The notes: generated from the letters alone by a model not told the origin. A DNA stretch of 64,000 bases from a virus (IMGVR_UViG_3300025358_000002:32001-96000), one strand, 5' to 3'; shown: positions 36,816 to 46,131, numbered from the stretch's first letter. Translations and numbers: made by a program.

Positions 36816-36949
36816 TGAGTGCGTTCGATGAATTCGATGCGTTCGTAGAGAAGCACAACATCAAGGATGACGAGCTCGGTGCAGCATTCGCTGCCTGGAT
36901 GTCAGGTGCCACTGGTTGGGACGGAGACTTTCAGAAGGTAGAAGAATGA
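36815..36949 (+). CDS. Small hypothetical protein, 44 aa (not in track)
   Basis: TGATG coupling; MSAFDEFDAFVEKHNIKDDELGAAFAAW... Confidence 0.5.
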   Translation: MSAFDEFDAFVEKHNIKDDELGAAFAAWMSGATGWDGDFQKVEE

Positions 36950-37494
36950 CAGTCGTCGCTGCAGCTGTTACAAAGAAGCATGGTGTTGTTCTCGTTAGCG
37001 ACTCATCTCTTGAATCTCAAACCAAAGATAACGATGGTTACAGCAAGGTTTGGGTTGACAACAGCATGGGCATGATCTTCGGTGGTGCTGGTGGTCTGAG
37101 AGAAATCCAGATCATCAAGCACCACATGGGGCTACCGTACTATCCACCGTACATGGACGTAGAAACTTTCGTTGTTAAGGAAGTGGTGCCACGTATGCGT
37201 GAAGTGCTCAACGAACATGGTGCCAAGATGGACAACTATGAAACATCGTTCATCCTTGCTTGGAAGAACACCCTGGTGACAATCGATGAAAGCTTTGCTG
37301 TCTTTGTGCCTTCTAGCAACCGCTATGCAATCGGCTCAGGACAAAGTGAGGCGTTCGGTAGCCTAGGCAACCAAGGACCATGGACTCGTGATGATGTGAT
37401 CGGAGCAGCCAGTCGTGCTACAATCACAGCACTTGGAGTGGGCGGACCATTGTGGGCAGTAGACACAGTGTCAATGCAACTAGAACAAGTATGA
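36946..37494 (+). CDS. Ntn-hydrolase, HslV/proteasome-beta-like peptidase
   Basis: ATG 36946 gives an N-terminal Thr (MTVVAA); VLVSDS, SKV, GGAG, YAIGSG. Confidence 0.75.
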   Translation: MTVVAAAVTKKHGVVLVSDSSLESQTKDNDGYSKVWVDNSMGMIFGGAGGLREIQIIKHHMGLPYYPPYMDVETFVVKEVVPRMREVLNEHGAKMDNYETSFILAWKNTLVTIDESFAVFVPSSNRYAIGSGQSEAFGSLGNQGPWTRDDVIGAASRATITALGVGGPLWAVDTVSMQLEQV

Positions 37495-37502
37495 ATTATT
37501 AT

Positions 37503-37531
37503 TTGACATTCCCATCCGGGACTGCTAGCTT
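37503..37531 (+). promoter_or_regulatory. Sigma-70/SigA-type promoter
   Basis: TTGACA-17 nt-(TGc)TAGCTT in an intergenic gap. Confidence 0.65.
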
Positions 37532-37560
37532 TTATATAACAACCAGTAAGGAGAAAAACA

Positions 37561-38250
37561 ATGACCAATTACATTATGCCCAAGCGCAAGACACCCGCTA
37601 CCACTCCACTCCAGGAAGTAACGGAACCTACATTTGGGGAAACTACTAAGGCTCCAACCAGAGCTGATAAGCGTCGTGCCAGCGAGCAGGATGTAAACTC
37701 AGCAGATCTTGACACCGTGTTCGGTAACCTCTTCGAGGTCATTGGACAGACCGACATCACTGAGCCATCACCAGATATCACTCCTCTGCAGATCGACAAC
37801 ATGGCGCAGGAACTCCTGGCTGTTCGTGACGCAAAGGATGTTATCGAAGGTCGTGAGTCTGCACTCAAGGCGTATGCCACAGAAGTAATCAACATGCAGA
37901 TCGCTCAGACTGGTCAGGCTGCTTCAGAGACCAGCGGTTACCTGGTTAGCCCTGAGAATGGTGTCAAGCTTTCCAAGGAAGTCTCCGGTGGCAAGCTCAC
38001 CGTTGATATCGACATGCTTGAGAGCGTGCTGGAAGAGGATCAGTTCCACTCCGTTACCAACCTCATTCACAACTACCGCACCATCACTTACCCTGACGGT
38101 AAGACGGTAGAGGAGACGACTGTAACCCGTGAGCTCAACGAAGAATCTCTCGAGAAGCAGCTTAAGCTTGGCAACATTGGCATGGAGCAGATTGTAAAGG
38201 CTACCACTCCTGGCAAGGTTCGCTCAGCCTTCTATGTCAGAAAGCTCTAA
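37561..38250 (+). CDS. Hypothetical protein
   Basis: 229 aa; RBS AAGGAG. Confidence 0.7.
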   Translation: MTNYIMPKRKTPATTPLQEVTEPTFGETTKAPTRADKRRASEQDVNSADLDTVFGNLFEVIGQTDITEPSPDITPLQIDNMAQELLAVRDAKDVIEGRESALKAYATEVINMQIAQTGQAASETSGYLVSPENGVKLSKEVSGGKLTVDIDMLESVLEEDQFHSVTNLIHNYRTITYPDGKTVEETTVTRELNEESLEKQLKLGNIGMEQIVKATTPGKVRSAFYVRKL

Positions 38251-38560
38251 GAAAAGAATAATCCCAGTACGTGATGATGTGCCCATGTATTCTCAGGGCA
38301 TGGCTGCAGCGTTCTTTGATCTCACCGCAGGTGCCCTCCGGTTCAAGGAGCAGTACTTTAAAGATTCGGTTGATGTTCAAAGAACTGCTGCAGGCACACG
38401 TATATATAGCTTAAATGATATACTAAAGATAGCCCATGCACTCAGAAGAGCTAACAAGATGACAGACCGGCAGCTCAGGCTGATCGTCTTAAGGGTAGAT
38501 GCGTTCAAGGAGCCTATCAAGCATCGTCGTTTAAAATACCGAAAAGGTGACAAGATATGA
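38234..38560 (+). CDS. MerR-type HTH DNA-binding protein
   Basis: YSQGMAAAFFDLTAGALRFKE...RTAAGTRIYSLNDI. Confidence 0.7.
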   Translation: MSESSKKRIIPVRDDVPMYSQGMAAAFFDLTAGALRFKEQYFKDSVDVQRTAAGTRIYSLNDILKIAHALRRANKMTDRQLRLIVLRVDAFKEPIKHRRLKYRKGDKI

Positions 38561-39510
38561 AAAAGAGCACACTACTCTTACTCGATGGCCATAACATATT
38601 TATCCGTAGCTTCAGTGGACTTATGCGTCATGGTCTAAGCGCACCCAACGGTGAAGGAACCTGGGGAGCTTACGGTGCATACAACGTACTGACTAGTATG
38701 GTGCGGAAGTATGATCCTAGCCACGTGCTCATCGCTTTTGACAAAGGTCGTAGCACCAAGCGTCTAGCGATTGACCCAGAGTACAAGGCCAACCGACACA
38801 AGCCAAGCGACAAACCACGCAATGCTACAGACGATGCATTCTCTACGGAGTTCAAGCCACAGCTAGCTACGTTTATGAACCTATGCTTAAAGAGTGGTGT
38901 GCCCTTCATGAGCCTGGATGGTGTTGAAGCTGACGATATCATTGCTACAGCTGCGCTTAAACACAGGACCGTATTCGATCGTGTTGTTATTGTGAGTGCA
39001 GACCACGACCTACACCAGCTGATCCGTGACAACATAATTGTTGTTAAACCCAGCATTAGCTACCGTGACATTGACGCTGAAGTGTTCGACACGCAATCTG
39101 TAAAGGCAGAGTGGGGTGTAGAGCCTGAGCGACTGCCAGAGATCTGGGCACTCATGGGTGACAAGGGTGACAACATCAAAGGCATCCAAGGTGTCGGTCC
39201 TAAGAAGGCTACCAAGATGATCGCTGAACATGGCGACCTCGAGACCGTGCTTAGCTTAGATGATGAGAAGATCCAGAATAACATCGATGTAGTTCGCAAG
39301 GCTAAGTCCTTGATTGAGCTGGGGGTAGATGATGAACTACCGTTCCCTCCACTAGGGGATCTGCAGTTCCACCCAGTAGAACACGGTGGCCCCAATGCAC
39401 GTGAGCTGGAAGAAGTGTTCATTAACCTAGGGTTCACTCAGATTAGAAGTAAGTGGTTCCACCGTAACCTTTGGGCTGACAAGAGGGGATTCGGCAGGAG
39501 TCTTCTCTAG
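38557..39510 (+). CDS. 5'-3' exonuclease/flap endonuclease (PolA N-terminal-like)
   Basis: LLDGHN, AFD, YKANR, EADDIIAT, SADHDL.QL, LMGDKGDNIKGIQGVGPKKA. Confidence 0.92.
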   Translation: MKKSTLLLLDGHNIFIRSFSGLMRHGLSAPNGEGTWGAYGAYNVLTSMVRKYDPSHVLIAFDKGRSTKRLAIDPEYKANRHKPSDKPRNATDDAFSTEFKPQLATFMNLCLKSGVPFMSLDGVEADDIIATAALKHRTVFDRVVIVSADHDLHQLIRDNIIVVKPSISYRDIDAEVFDTQSVKAEWGVEPERLPEIWALMGDKGDNIKGIQGVGPKKATKMIAEHGDLETVLSLDDEKIQNNIDVVRKAKSLIELGVDDELPFPPLGDLQFHPVEHGGPNARELEEVFINLGFTQIRSKWFHRNLWADKRGFGRSLL

Positions 39511-40565
39511 TGGCTCAGTGGATTATTAACCCATCCGTTGACATGCCAGAGGTAATGCAGCAATACGGTAGGTTCCTGGAAGACGATTACCGCATGGCCA
39601 TTGAGTCTATGCGAGTACCAGATTCGTTCGATGAATACTCTGAGAAAACTGGCAGACGCTTCATAATCATTGGTGGCAAAGAACGACCAGGGCTTATTGC
39701 CAAGAGCGTCTTCCTCTGCCTTAAGCTATCTGGACCAGAAAGCGTAGCGGTGTATGTGAATACACTCGACGAATTGTTCCTGGTACAGAACGTGTTCGAC
39801 TACTACGGTGAGAACGTAGAGAAAAAGATTTTTGCTACTCACCACGACATGCTTAACCTTAGCCCAGAGTGGCGTAACTACATTGACGCTGCCACTGACA
39901 TTGTGGTATACGGTGACGAACGTGACATGGAAGTGTGGCGTGAATATGAAACGGTAGAACGGCATGTGTGGGAGCACAACTACACGTTCAGTTTTGGTAT
40001 TATCAACGCTGAGAATCTACCCAGGACACTTATCAATGAGGTGTGCTTTGACTTCTTCTGTTACTACGGAGAGGGAAGGCTAGCACCGAAGTTTTATTTT
40101 GTAATCGGTGAGTACTCGAAAGCATTGATTGAGAAGTTTGCAATGAACATGTCGTTCAACTATAGCAACCTCATCAACGATTACCGTTCCAAGCTGCCGT
40201 TCACACGTAAGAGCGACCTAACCGTAGGGGTACTGAGCAACCCGTATTCTGCAAAATTTATTCGTGTAGATCATTTGAAGTCCGACACGATCTTTGATAC
40301 TCTGTATGGTGATGTACGTCTCATCTTCGTGAATGACCTTGACGAAATCGAAACGTTCATTGAGAAGTGGAAAGATCACATCGGCACAGTCGCCATCAAT
40401 TGGGATGACGACGAAGACGTGTTAGACTTGCTCGAGGAGTATATGGTCCCGCGCATCTGCCACGTTGGTGACATGCAGTTCCCAGACTTCTTTGAACAGT
40501 ACGATGCAGTAGATGACTTCAACATTTACGTCAGAGATGATAGTGACATTGATGGTCTTATATAA
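39510..40565 (+). CDS. LuxC/acyl-CoA-reductase-like (ALDH-fold) protein, apparently lacking the catalytic Cys
   Basis: IVVYGD, SFGII, DFFCYYGEGRLAPKFYFV, RICHVGDMQFPDFFEQYDAVD. Confidence 0.5.
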   Translation: MAQWIINPSVDMPEVMQQYGRFLEDDYRMAIESMRVPDSFDEYSEKTGRRFIIIGGKERPGLIAKSVFLCLKLSGPESVAVYVNTLDELFLVQNVFDYYGENVEKKIFATHHDMLNLSPEWRNYIDAATDIVVYGDERDMEVWREYETVERHVWEHNYTFSFGIINAENLPRTLINEVCFDFFCYYGEGRLAPKFYFVIGEYSKALIEKFAMNMSFNYSNLINDYRSKLPFTRKSDLTVGVLSNPYSAKFIRVDHLKSDTIFDTLYGDVRLIFVNDLDEIETFIEKWKDHIGTVAINWDDDEDVLDLLEEYMVPRICHVGDMQFPDFFEQYDAVDDFNIYVRDDSDIDGLI

Positions 40566-40588
40566 ACATATAAGTAAGGAGAAAGAAA

Positions 40589-40822
40589 ATGAATGAATTA
40601 ACCGAACTTCGCAAGAAGCTGATGGAACACTGGGATGTTATCAACAAGCTCGGTGGTGAATGGAACGCTGGATACGAGCAGGCTTTGCGCTATTCGATGT
40701 CTCTGATCTACGATGCCATCCGCAACCTGGAGCTCAACGAACAGCCGTACAAGGGCAGTATCCCCAAGGGGTTCAAGCACGAGCACGATAAGTGGAACCC
40801 AAATAAGAAGGATAACAAGTAA
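40589..40822 (+). CDS. Hypothetical protein
   Basis: RBS AAGGAG; 77 aa. Confidence 0.6.
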   Translation: MNELTELRKKLMEHWDVINKLGGEWNAGYEQALRYSMSLIYDAIRNLELNEQPYKGSIPKGFKHEHDKWNPNKKDNK

Positions 40823-41106
40823 TGTACAAATTCGAATTGCCATCCGTATCTTCAAAGAAGCACGAATGGACTGAGTCAACGGTGATCAAAGTTGCTTTGT
40901 TCATTGTCATCTCTCTGTTCTCGCTGCTGCTATTGCCCATCGCCATTGTGGTGTACCCATTCATCTTTGCTTGGGAAGCAACCAATACGTTCCTCAAGGC
41001 CATGAGCAAGAAGGACCCTGTATCCAGCCACCTGCTTTCGTTCGACCCTAGCAAGTGGTCAGACATGTCGCTGGACTTCAGCAACTGGTTCAAGGAGGAA
41101 AACTAA
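40822..41106 (+). CDS. Small membrane protein
   Basis: Hydrophobic stretch VIKVALFIVISLFSLLLLPIAIVVYPFIFAW. Confidence 0.6.
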   Translation: MYKFELPSVSSKKHEWTESTVIKVALFIVISLFSLLLLPIAIVVYPFIFAWEATNTFLKAMSKKDPVSSHLLSFDPSKWSDMSLDFSNWFKEEN

Positions 41107-41483
41107 TGGAAACAAAAAAGCTTTCACAGTCCGGAGACATGGTCTTTGAACGTAACCTCGCTATCATTGCTGGCAGGCGTCAGGAAGTACAGGTTTTCAG
41201 TGATGGGTTTGTTTACCAGGGATACCTCTGTGGCCTTGACGAGCAGTGGATTCAACTGTACGGTCACGAAGAGAATGACGTAAACAACTACGATGCGAAG
41301 TGGCGTTTCCTCTTGATCAACAAGTCAAACGTATCAGCCATCGGTCCAACGGGTCAGAACCTAACCGACCTCGATAGCGAGACACGTGAATGGGTGAGCA
41401 AGAAGATTCAAATCTTCTCAGACGTTTGTGATAACTTTGCATCAGTAAGAGGAGTTAAGAACAATGGAAAAGAAAAGCTTTGA
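41106..41483 (+). CDS. Sm/Hfq-like fold protein
   Basis: ATG 41106 after GGAGG; RRQEVQVFSDGFVYQGYLCGLDEQWIQL (Sm1-like) and LLINKSNVSAIGP (Sm2-like). Confidence 0.5.
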   Translation: METKKLSQSGDMVFERNLAIIAGRRQEVQVFSDGFVYQGYLCGLDEQWIQLYGHEENDVNNYDAKWRFLLINKSNVSAIGPTGQNLTDLDSETREWVSKKIQIFSDVCDNFASVRGVKNNGKEKL

Positions 41484-41925
41484 TGGTGACCCCACGAACT
41501 ACGATGATGACAGCTACGATGATGTGGTTGAAGTCAAAGTGGTGGAGAGCCGTGAAGAATTAGTAGCGAACATCGATCTAACGAAAGCAACTCCACGTGA
41601 GTTGTTGATTTATTTCGCTGATCGTTTTAAGGAGACTCACGGCTATTCGTACAATGTCGAGTGGGTCAAGGAGTCTGCTATATTTAAGAGCTTTCTTGAT
41701 CGCTATGGCGTTGACGCAGGCCCAATGGTTGCACTATTGTTTGATAACCATAAGGGCAAGCTGAACGACCTGGTGATGACCGCAACAGCATTCAGCAAGG
41801 GTAGCAAGTGGATACAGGATACCCTGTACATTGAGCTACAGCAACAAAAGCAGAAAGAACAAAACCGTAATAGCACGGAAGGATTGATGAGTACAGATGA
41901 CTTCATTGAACGATTCGCTGTTTGA
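41464..41925 (+). CDS. Hypothetical protein, possible replication initiator partner
   Basis: Directly upstream of the DnaC-like loader and DnaB. Confidence 0.5.
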   Translation: MEKKSFDGDPTNYDDDSYDDVVEVKVVESREELVANIDLTKATPRELLIYFADRFKETHGYSYNVEWVKESAIFKSFLDRYGVDAGPMVALLFDNHKGKLNDLVMTATAFSKGSKWIQDTLYIELQQQKQKEQNRNSTEGLMSTDDFIERFAV

Positions 41926-42697
41926 CTGGGGTAAGGACTACGTCGACCTCAAGTACGAGTTCCTTGATGACGAGGAGATCGATTACCTTGAGCAGAAGTA
42001 TCCTCAGTTTGAGAAGTTCACAAAGCAGGGTTGCCCAACGTGCTTGGACAACACGTGCGGAGACTGCAAGCTACAGCTCCAGCTGTACAAGCACTACTCA
42101 CGTGCAGGCATTGGGTTAAACTACCAGCGTCTTAGCTGGGGGGACTTCCACGGTGACGAGAAGGCTCTTGCTCTTGCCAGGATTTATCTTGGTCAGCACA
42201 AGGACTTCGTCAAGGGTGGTATGGGTATCCTTTACCACGGCACCTGGGGAACCGGCAAGACACTGCTCACTAGCCTGATCGCTAAGGAGCTTGTTAAGCT
42301 AGGCTATAGTGTTTACTTCGCCACGTTCACTCAGATGGTTGACGAGTTTACCCGTGGGTGGGGTAGCAACGATGACAAGGCACGCTTCGAGAGCAAGGTC
42401 GTCAAGAGCGACGTGTTCTTCTTGGACGACATTGGTAAGGAGTTTCGTACAAAGAACAACCTGAGCGAAGCAACGTTTGACCACGTCATGCGTCAGCGTG
42501 CACTGGACAATCGACCAACATTTATCACAACCAACATGGGCATCAATGAGTTGATGGATGGCTACGGTGGTGCTATATTCTCTCTCCTGAAGGAGCGAGT
42601 AATCGAGCACAACATGGAAGGCATCGACTACCGTGAGTATGCCCGCAATCGTACTCTTGATGAAATCAAGGACGGAACAGTAAGGAAGATCCTGTAA
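41897..42697 (+). CDS. DnaC/IstB-like AAA+ helicase loader
   Basis: CxxC pairs, GTWGTGKT, FLDDIGKE, PTFITTN. Confidence 0.85.
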   Translation: MTSLNDSLFDWGKDYVDLKYEFLDDEEIDYLEQKYPQFEKFTKQGCPTCLDNTCGDCKLQLQLYKHYSRAGIGLNYQRLSWGDFHGDEKALALARIYLGQHKDFVKGGMGILYHGTWGTGKTLLTSLIAKELVKLGYSVYFATFTQMVDEFTRGWGSNDDKARFESKVVKSDVFFLDDIGKEFRTKNNLSEATFDHVMRQRALDNRPTFITTNMGINELMDGYGGAIFSLLKERVIEHNMEGIDYREYARNRTLDEIKDGTVRKIL

Positions 42698-43977
42698 TGG
42701 ACATTGAAAAAAGTTTAGTAAGACACTTCACGAACCTGGATAGCTTCAACGATATCTGGAACAAAGGTATCCGCAGCGAACACTTCTTTGACGAGGGTGT
42801 GCGCGAGCTGTTTGACTACAGTCTGGACTACTACATCCGTAGTGAGTTCAAGCAGACGGTAGACCAGGACTTCTTGGAGACCAAGTTCGCTGACTATTTT
42901 GCTCGTAACGAATGGCCAGAGGAACACTACCTGGTTGGTGTCCTCATTGAAGAGATGATGACCAAGTACCGCAAGGCTACGACGCAGAGCGTTCTGCTGA
43001 AGGCAGCTACGGCACTGGAGTCAGACCCTGAGGCTGGCATTGCGTTGGCACTGAGCAGTCTGTCAAAGATCCAGAACGACACCAGTACGCGTGAACGACT
43101 TGAGGTTTATGGTGAAGGATACGAACGTCGCGTTAACAACTACCTTGAGGAGGTAGCCAACCCTACTCGTGACAAGAAGGGTATCTACTTAGGCTGGGAT
43201 GAACTGAACGACCACATGTACGGCATTCAGAAGGGTGAGCTTGCGGTAGTCGTAGGTATCCCTAACGTTGGTAAGTCCTGGGTAGGATCCGTCATCGCTC
43301 TGGAAGCAGCACGCCGTAAGAACAAGGTGTACTTTGCATCACTTGAGCTCCGCAAGGAACTGACCCTGATGCGATTGGACTGCTTGGCTAGCGGTGTACC
43401 CTACAGTCGTTACGAACGTGGACAGCTGACACCCAACGAGCTTCGTCGTCTGAAGGAAGCGCGTGAAGAGATCATGGAGTTCGGTGAGTACCTGATGATC
43501 GACTCGCCAGCACGCAAGAACGAACGTAGTGTCTTGGAACTGTACTCCAAGGCTAAGCACTGGGGTGCTGACATGGTGGTAGGTGACCAGTTGTCATGGG
43601 TTACTACAGAGAAGTCGTATGGTCAGGCTAGCAACGTACAGTCATTGCAGATGGCTGAGGTCATCACTGACATTGCCAGTACCAACCGTGAGATGGGCAT
43701 GGCATCCGTGTGGCTTGCACAGTTCAACCGTGAAGCCATGAAGAACAAAAAGGGTCGTGGTGGCCTGGGTAACATTGGTCTCTCATCACAGATTGAACAG
43801 ATCGTGGACATGGCCATTGGTATCGGTGCTACCCGTGAGATGAAGCAGCAGGAAGCTCTCGTCATGGACATCATGAAGTCACGTCGCAGTGACCTTAAGT
43901 CCTGGATGATGGGCTTTGAGCTCAAGGACCGCACGTCACTCAAGATTGTTCGTGAGTACGAGGACGCATCAGAATGA
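42697..43977 (+). CDS. dnaB: Replicative DNA helicase, DnaB family
   Basis: GIQKGELAVVVGIPNVGKS, SLEL, LAQFNRE, SSQIEQIVD, KSR. Confidence 0.9.
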   Translation: MDIEKSLVRHFTNLDSFNDIWNKGIRSEHFFDEGVRELFDYSLDYYIRSEFKQTVDQDFLETKFADYFARNEWPEEHYLVGVLIEEMMTKYRKATTQSVLLKAATALESDPEAGIALALSSLSKIQNDTSTRERLEVYGEGYERRVNNYLEEVANPTRDKKGIYLGWDELNDHMYGIQKGELAVVVGIPNVGKSWVGSVIALEAARRKNKVYFASLELRKELTLMRLDCLASGVPYSRYERGQLTPNELRRLKEAREEIMEFGEYLMIDSPARKNERSVLELYSKAKHWGADMVVGDQLSWVTTEKSYGQASNVQSLQMAEVITDIASTNREMGMASVWLAQFNREAMKNKKGRGGLGNIGLSSQIEQIVDMAIGIGATREMKQQEALVMDIMKSRRSDLKSWMMGFELKDRTSLKIVREYEDASE

Positions 43978-44126
43978 CGCGTCAGGACCTGTACGACAAA
44001 CACCAGCCTTTGTTTCAATATCAAGGTCGCATAGGCAATGTGAACTACTGTGTAGGTTGCAAGGGTCCTAACAACACCCTGATTCAGAAGTGGCCGTGTG
44101 ACGTGATCAGAGCACTCGATGCCTAA
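43974..44126 (+). CDS. Small Cys-containing protein, 50 aa (not in track)
   Basis: MTRQDLYDKH...CVGC...WPCDVIRALDA*; overlaps both neighbours' ends. Confidence 0.6.
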   Translation: MTRQDLYDKHQPLFQYQGRIGNVNYCVGCKGPNNTLIQKWPCDVIRALDA

Positions 44127-45138
44127 GGTACAGCTCAAAGAGATCTTCGCAGGTCTTGATGCTCGGGTAGTCTTACAGGATATCCTGGGCGTTGGTGAGA
44201 TCCATGAGAATGGTGACGAGCTTATTCATAGCTGTCCGCTCCCATTCGGTGTACACAAGAACGGTGACCGTAGCCCCAGTGCCAGCCTGAACAAGGAGAC
44301 TCTTCTGTTCAACTGCTTTGGTTGTGGTGGCGGCAGTGTCATCTGGCTTGCCCAGAATGTGCTGGGAGTAGACCGTGACGAGGCTATTTCCATCCTCAAG
44401 AACGAGGTGGTGGAGCTAAAGGTTGTAGCTATTGAGGACTTCATCAAGCGTCTGGAGGGTGTCTTCGGATCTGGTCCATGTGGCTTTGTTGAGATCCCTC
44501 ACTACAGTGACAACATCATCAAGCGGTGGGAAGGTCCCTGTGATTACTTGGCCTCCAGAGGGGTCTCAGAGGCCGTACAGCGGGAGATGCGCACGGGCAT
44601 AGAGACAGGTAGACTAGAAATAGCTAAGGCGCTTACAGGCGAACAGGCTGTCAAGGTTGATCGTGTGGTGATCCCTCACTTCATGAACGGCAGACTGATC
44701 GGTTGGGTTGCTCGCAAAGTTGAGGATGTTCAGGGTGTACCCAAGTACCGCAACTCCAAAGGATTCCCAAGGGGAGCCTGGCTGTATAACCTAGACAACG
44801 CCAAGGAGCATGACGAAGTGTACGTGGTGGAGAGCCCCATGAGCGTACTAGTCATGAAGTCCAGAGGGGTTAGGAACGTCGTAGCCACCTTCGGTGCCAA
44901 GGTCGATGCACAGCAGATCAACCTGCTGCGTAGGTTCAACAAGGTCAACATCTTTATGGACGGTGACACTCCTGGTCGCATGGCTACCGATCACATCTTG
45001 GAAGAGTTACAAAATTATACGAAGCTTGGTATAATTATGACACCGGACGATGAAGATCCTGCTACTATGGAGATTATCCCCACACCAACAAGTTCGTTTG
45101 AGTATCAGTTAAAACACCGTTTGACTTACAGTAGTTAA
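44119..45138 (+). CDS. dnaG: DNA primase (CHC2 Zn finger + TOPRIM)
   Basis: CPLPFGVH..D.SPS...FNCFGCGGG; KYRNS; VVESPMS; MDGDTPG. Confidence 0.9.
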   Translation: MPKVQLKEIFAGLDARVVLQDILGVGEIHENGDELIHSCPLPFGVHKNGDRSPSASLNKETLLFNCFGCGGGSVIWLAQNVLGVDRDEAISILKNEVVELKVVAIEDFIKRLEGVFGSGPCGFVEIPHYSDNIIKRWEGPCDYLASRGVSEAVQREMRTGIETGRLEIAKALTGEQAVKVDRVVIPHFMNGRLIGWVARKVEDVQGVPKYRNSKGFPRGAWLYNLDNAKEHDEVYVVESPMSVLVMKSRGVRNVVATFGAKVDAQQINLLRRFNKVNIFMDGDTPGRMATDHILEELQNYTKLGIIMTPDDEDPATMEIIPTPTSSFEYQLKHRLTYSS

Positions 45139-45149
45139 GCTGGTACTCT
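45121..45149 (+). promoter_or_regulatory. Sigma-70/SigA-type promoter
   Basis: TTGACT-17 nt-(TGg)TACTCT upstream of the SSB gene. Confidence 0.55.
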
Positions 45150-45202
45150 TATGAGTGCAGTAACCAAAATAGCCCTAGGGCTTCTAACAGAAAGACACCA
45201 AA

Positions 45203-46030
45203 ATGGCATTACAAAAAGGCATGGCCGCCGTTAAGGCCAGCATCGAACGGTCACAAAAGGGTTCAGGCCCCAAGACCTACACCGAAACAAATTGGTTCTA
45301 CTGGACTGCAGGAGAAACAAAGCCTCTGCGCTTCCTCACGGACAGCAACGACATCTTTGTGGTCCCAGTCCACGAGAACGTACCAACCCACGATGGCAAG
45401 AAAAAAACTTTCGTATGCCGTTCAGTGTTCGACGCTTCCTGCGAGCTCTGTGCTCGTGAAAAGGGTACGCCTGGCGCATACCGTCGTGACGTGGGCTACG
45501 GCATCGCCGTGCTCCGCGAAGAGGTTTACGAAGAAGTAGATGGTCAGCGCAAGCTCACCGGCTATCGCGACGTAACCACCACCTATGAAGAAACCGTTGA
45601 CGGTAAGGTTGTCACCAAGAAGAAGCCATACGTGGGCATTGTCGCTCAGGGCATGCGCAACTTCTGGAACGCCATTGCCGTTATCAGCGAGAAGTACGGT
45701 AGCCTTCGTGACCGAGAGATCGAGATCATGCGCCAGGGGCAGGGAACTGACACCACGTACATGGCCTTTCCCTTGGACAAGAAGGAGATCGAGAACATCG
45801 ACACTCGCTACACCAAGTTCCTTCCCGATATCGAGGCCTTCCTCAACCGCATCGGCAGCCAAGAGTACTACGATGCTCAGCTGCACGGCGTTGTTAAGGA
45901 GAAGGGTTCCACCTCCTCTCCCGTTGCTCCTTCAGCGTCGTCTGACGATGAATACGGTGATGAAGAATTCGTCGCTATCGAGGAAGAGACTACTGCAGAC
46001 CGTCTGCGCCGGAAGATGGCAGGTCAGTAG
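45203..46030 (+). CDS. Single-stranded DNA-binding protein (gp32-like)
   Basis: LRFL, H...C...CELC Zn ligands, RQGQGTDTTY, acidic C-terminal tail; replication context. Confidence 0.7.
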   Translation: MALQKGMAAVKASIERSQKGSGPKTYTETNWFYWTAGETKPLRFLTDSNDIFVVPVHENVPTHDGKKKTFVCRSVFDASCELCAREKGTPGAYRRDVGYGIAVLREEVYEEVDGQRKLTGYRDVTTTYEETVDGKVVTKKKPYVGIVAQGMRNFWNAIAVISEKYGSLRDREIEIMRQGQGTDTTYMAFPLDKKEIENIDTRYTKFLPDIEAFLNRIGSQEYYDAQLHGVVKEKGSTSSPVAPSASSDDEYGDEEFVAIEEETTADRLRRKMAGQ

Positions 46031-46036
46031 TCAACC

Positions 46037-46115
46037 ATAGAGCAGGCCAGTGGAGTCAGTCAGCAATTTTTCACCTTCCTTTCGGTTGTTGATTTGACTC
46101 CACTGGTCACTCTAT
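46037..46115 (+). ncRNA. Long intergenic hairpin with a pyrimidine loop TTTCACCTTCCTTTC (candidate small RNA/terminator)
   Basis: 46045-46068 pairs with 46084-46108 with one bulge and several G-U pairs; outer ATAGAG/CTCTAT. Confidence 0.55.
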
Positions 46116-46122
46116 GTATAGT
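46094..46122 (+). promoter_or_regulatory. Promoter for dnaE (very short leader)
   Basis: TTGACT-17 nt-TATAGT; ATG 10 nt after the -10 box. Confidence 0.55.
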
Positions 46123-46131
46123 GAGTGAGAT

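Noticed and set aside
41897-42697. IS21 IstB transposon helper
   Set aside because: No IstA transposase or terminal repeats; adjacency to dnaB indicates a helicase loader
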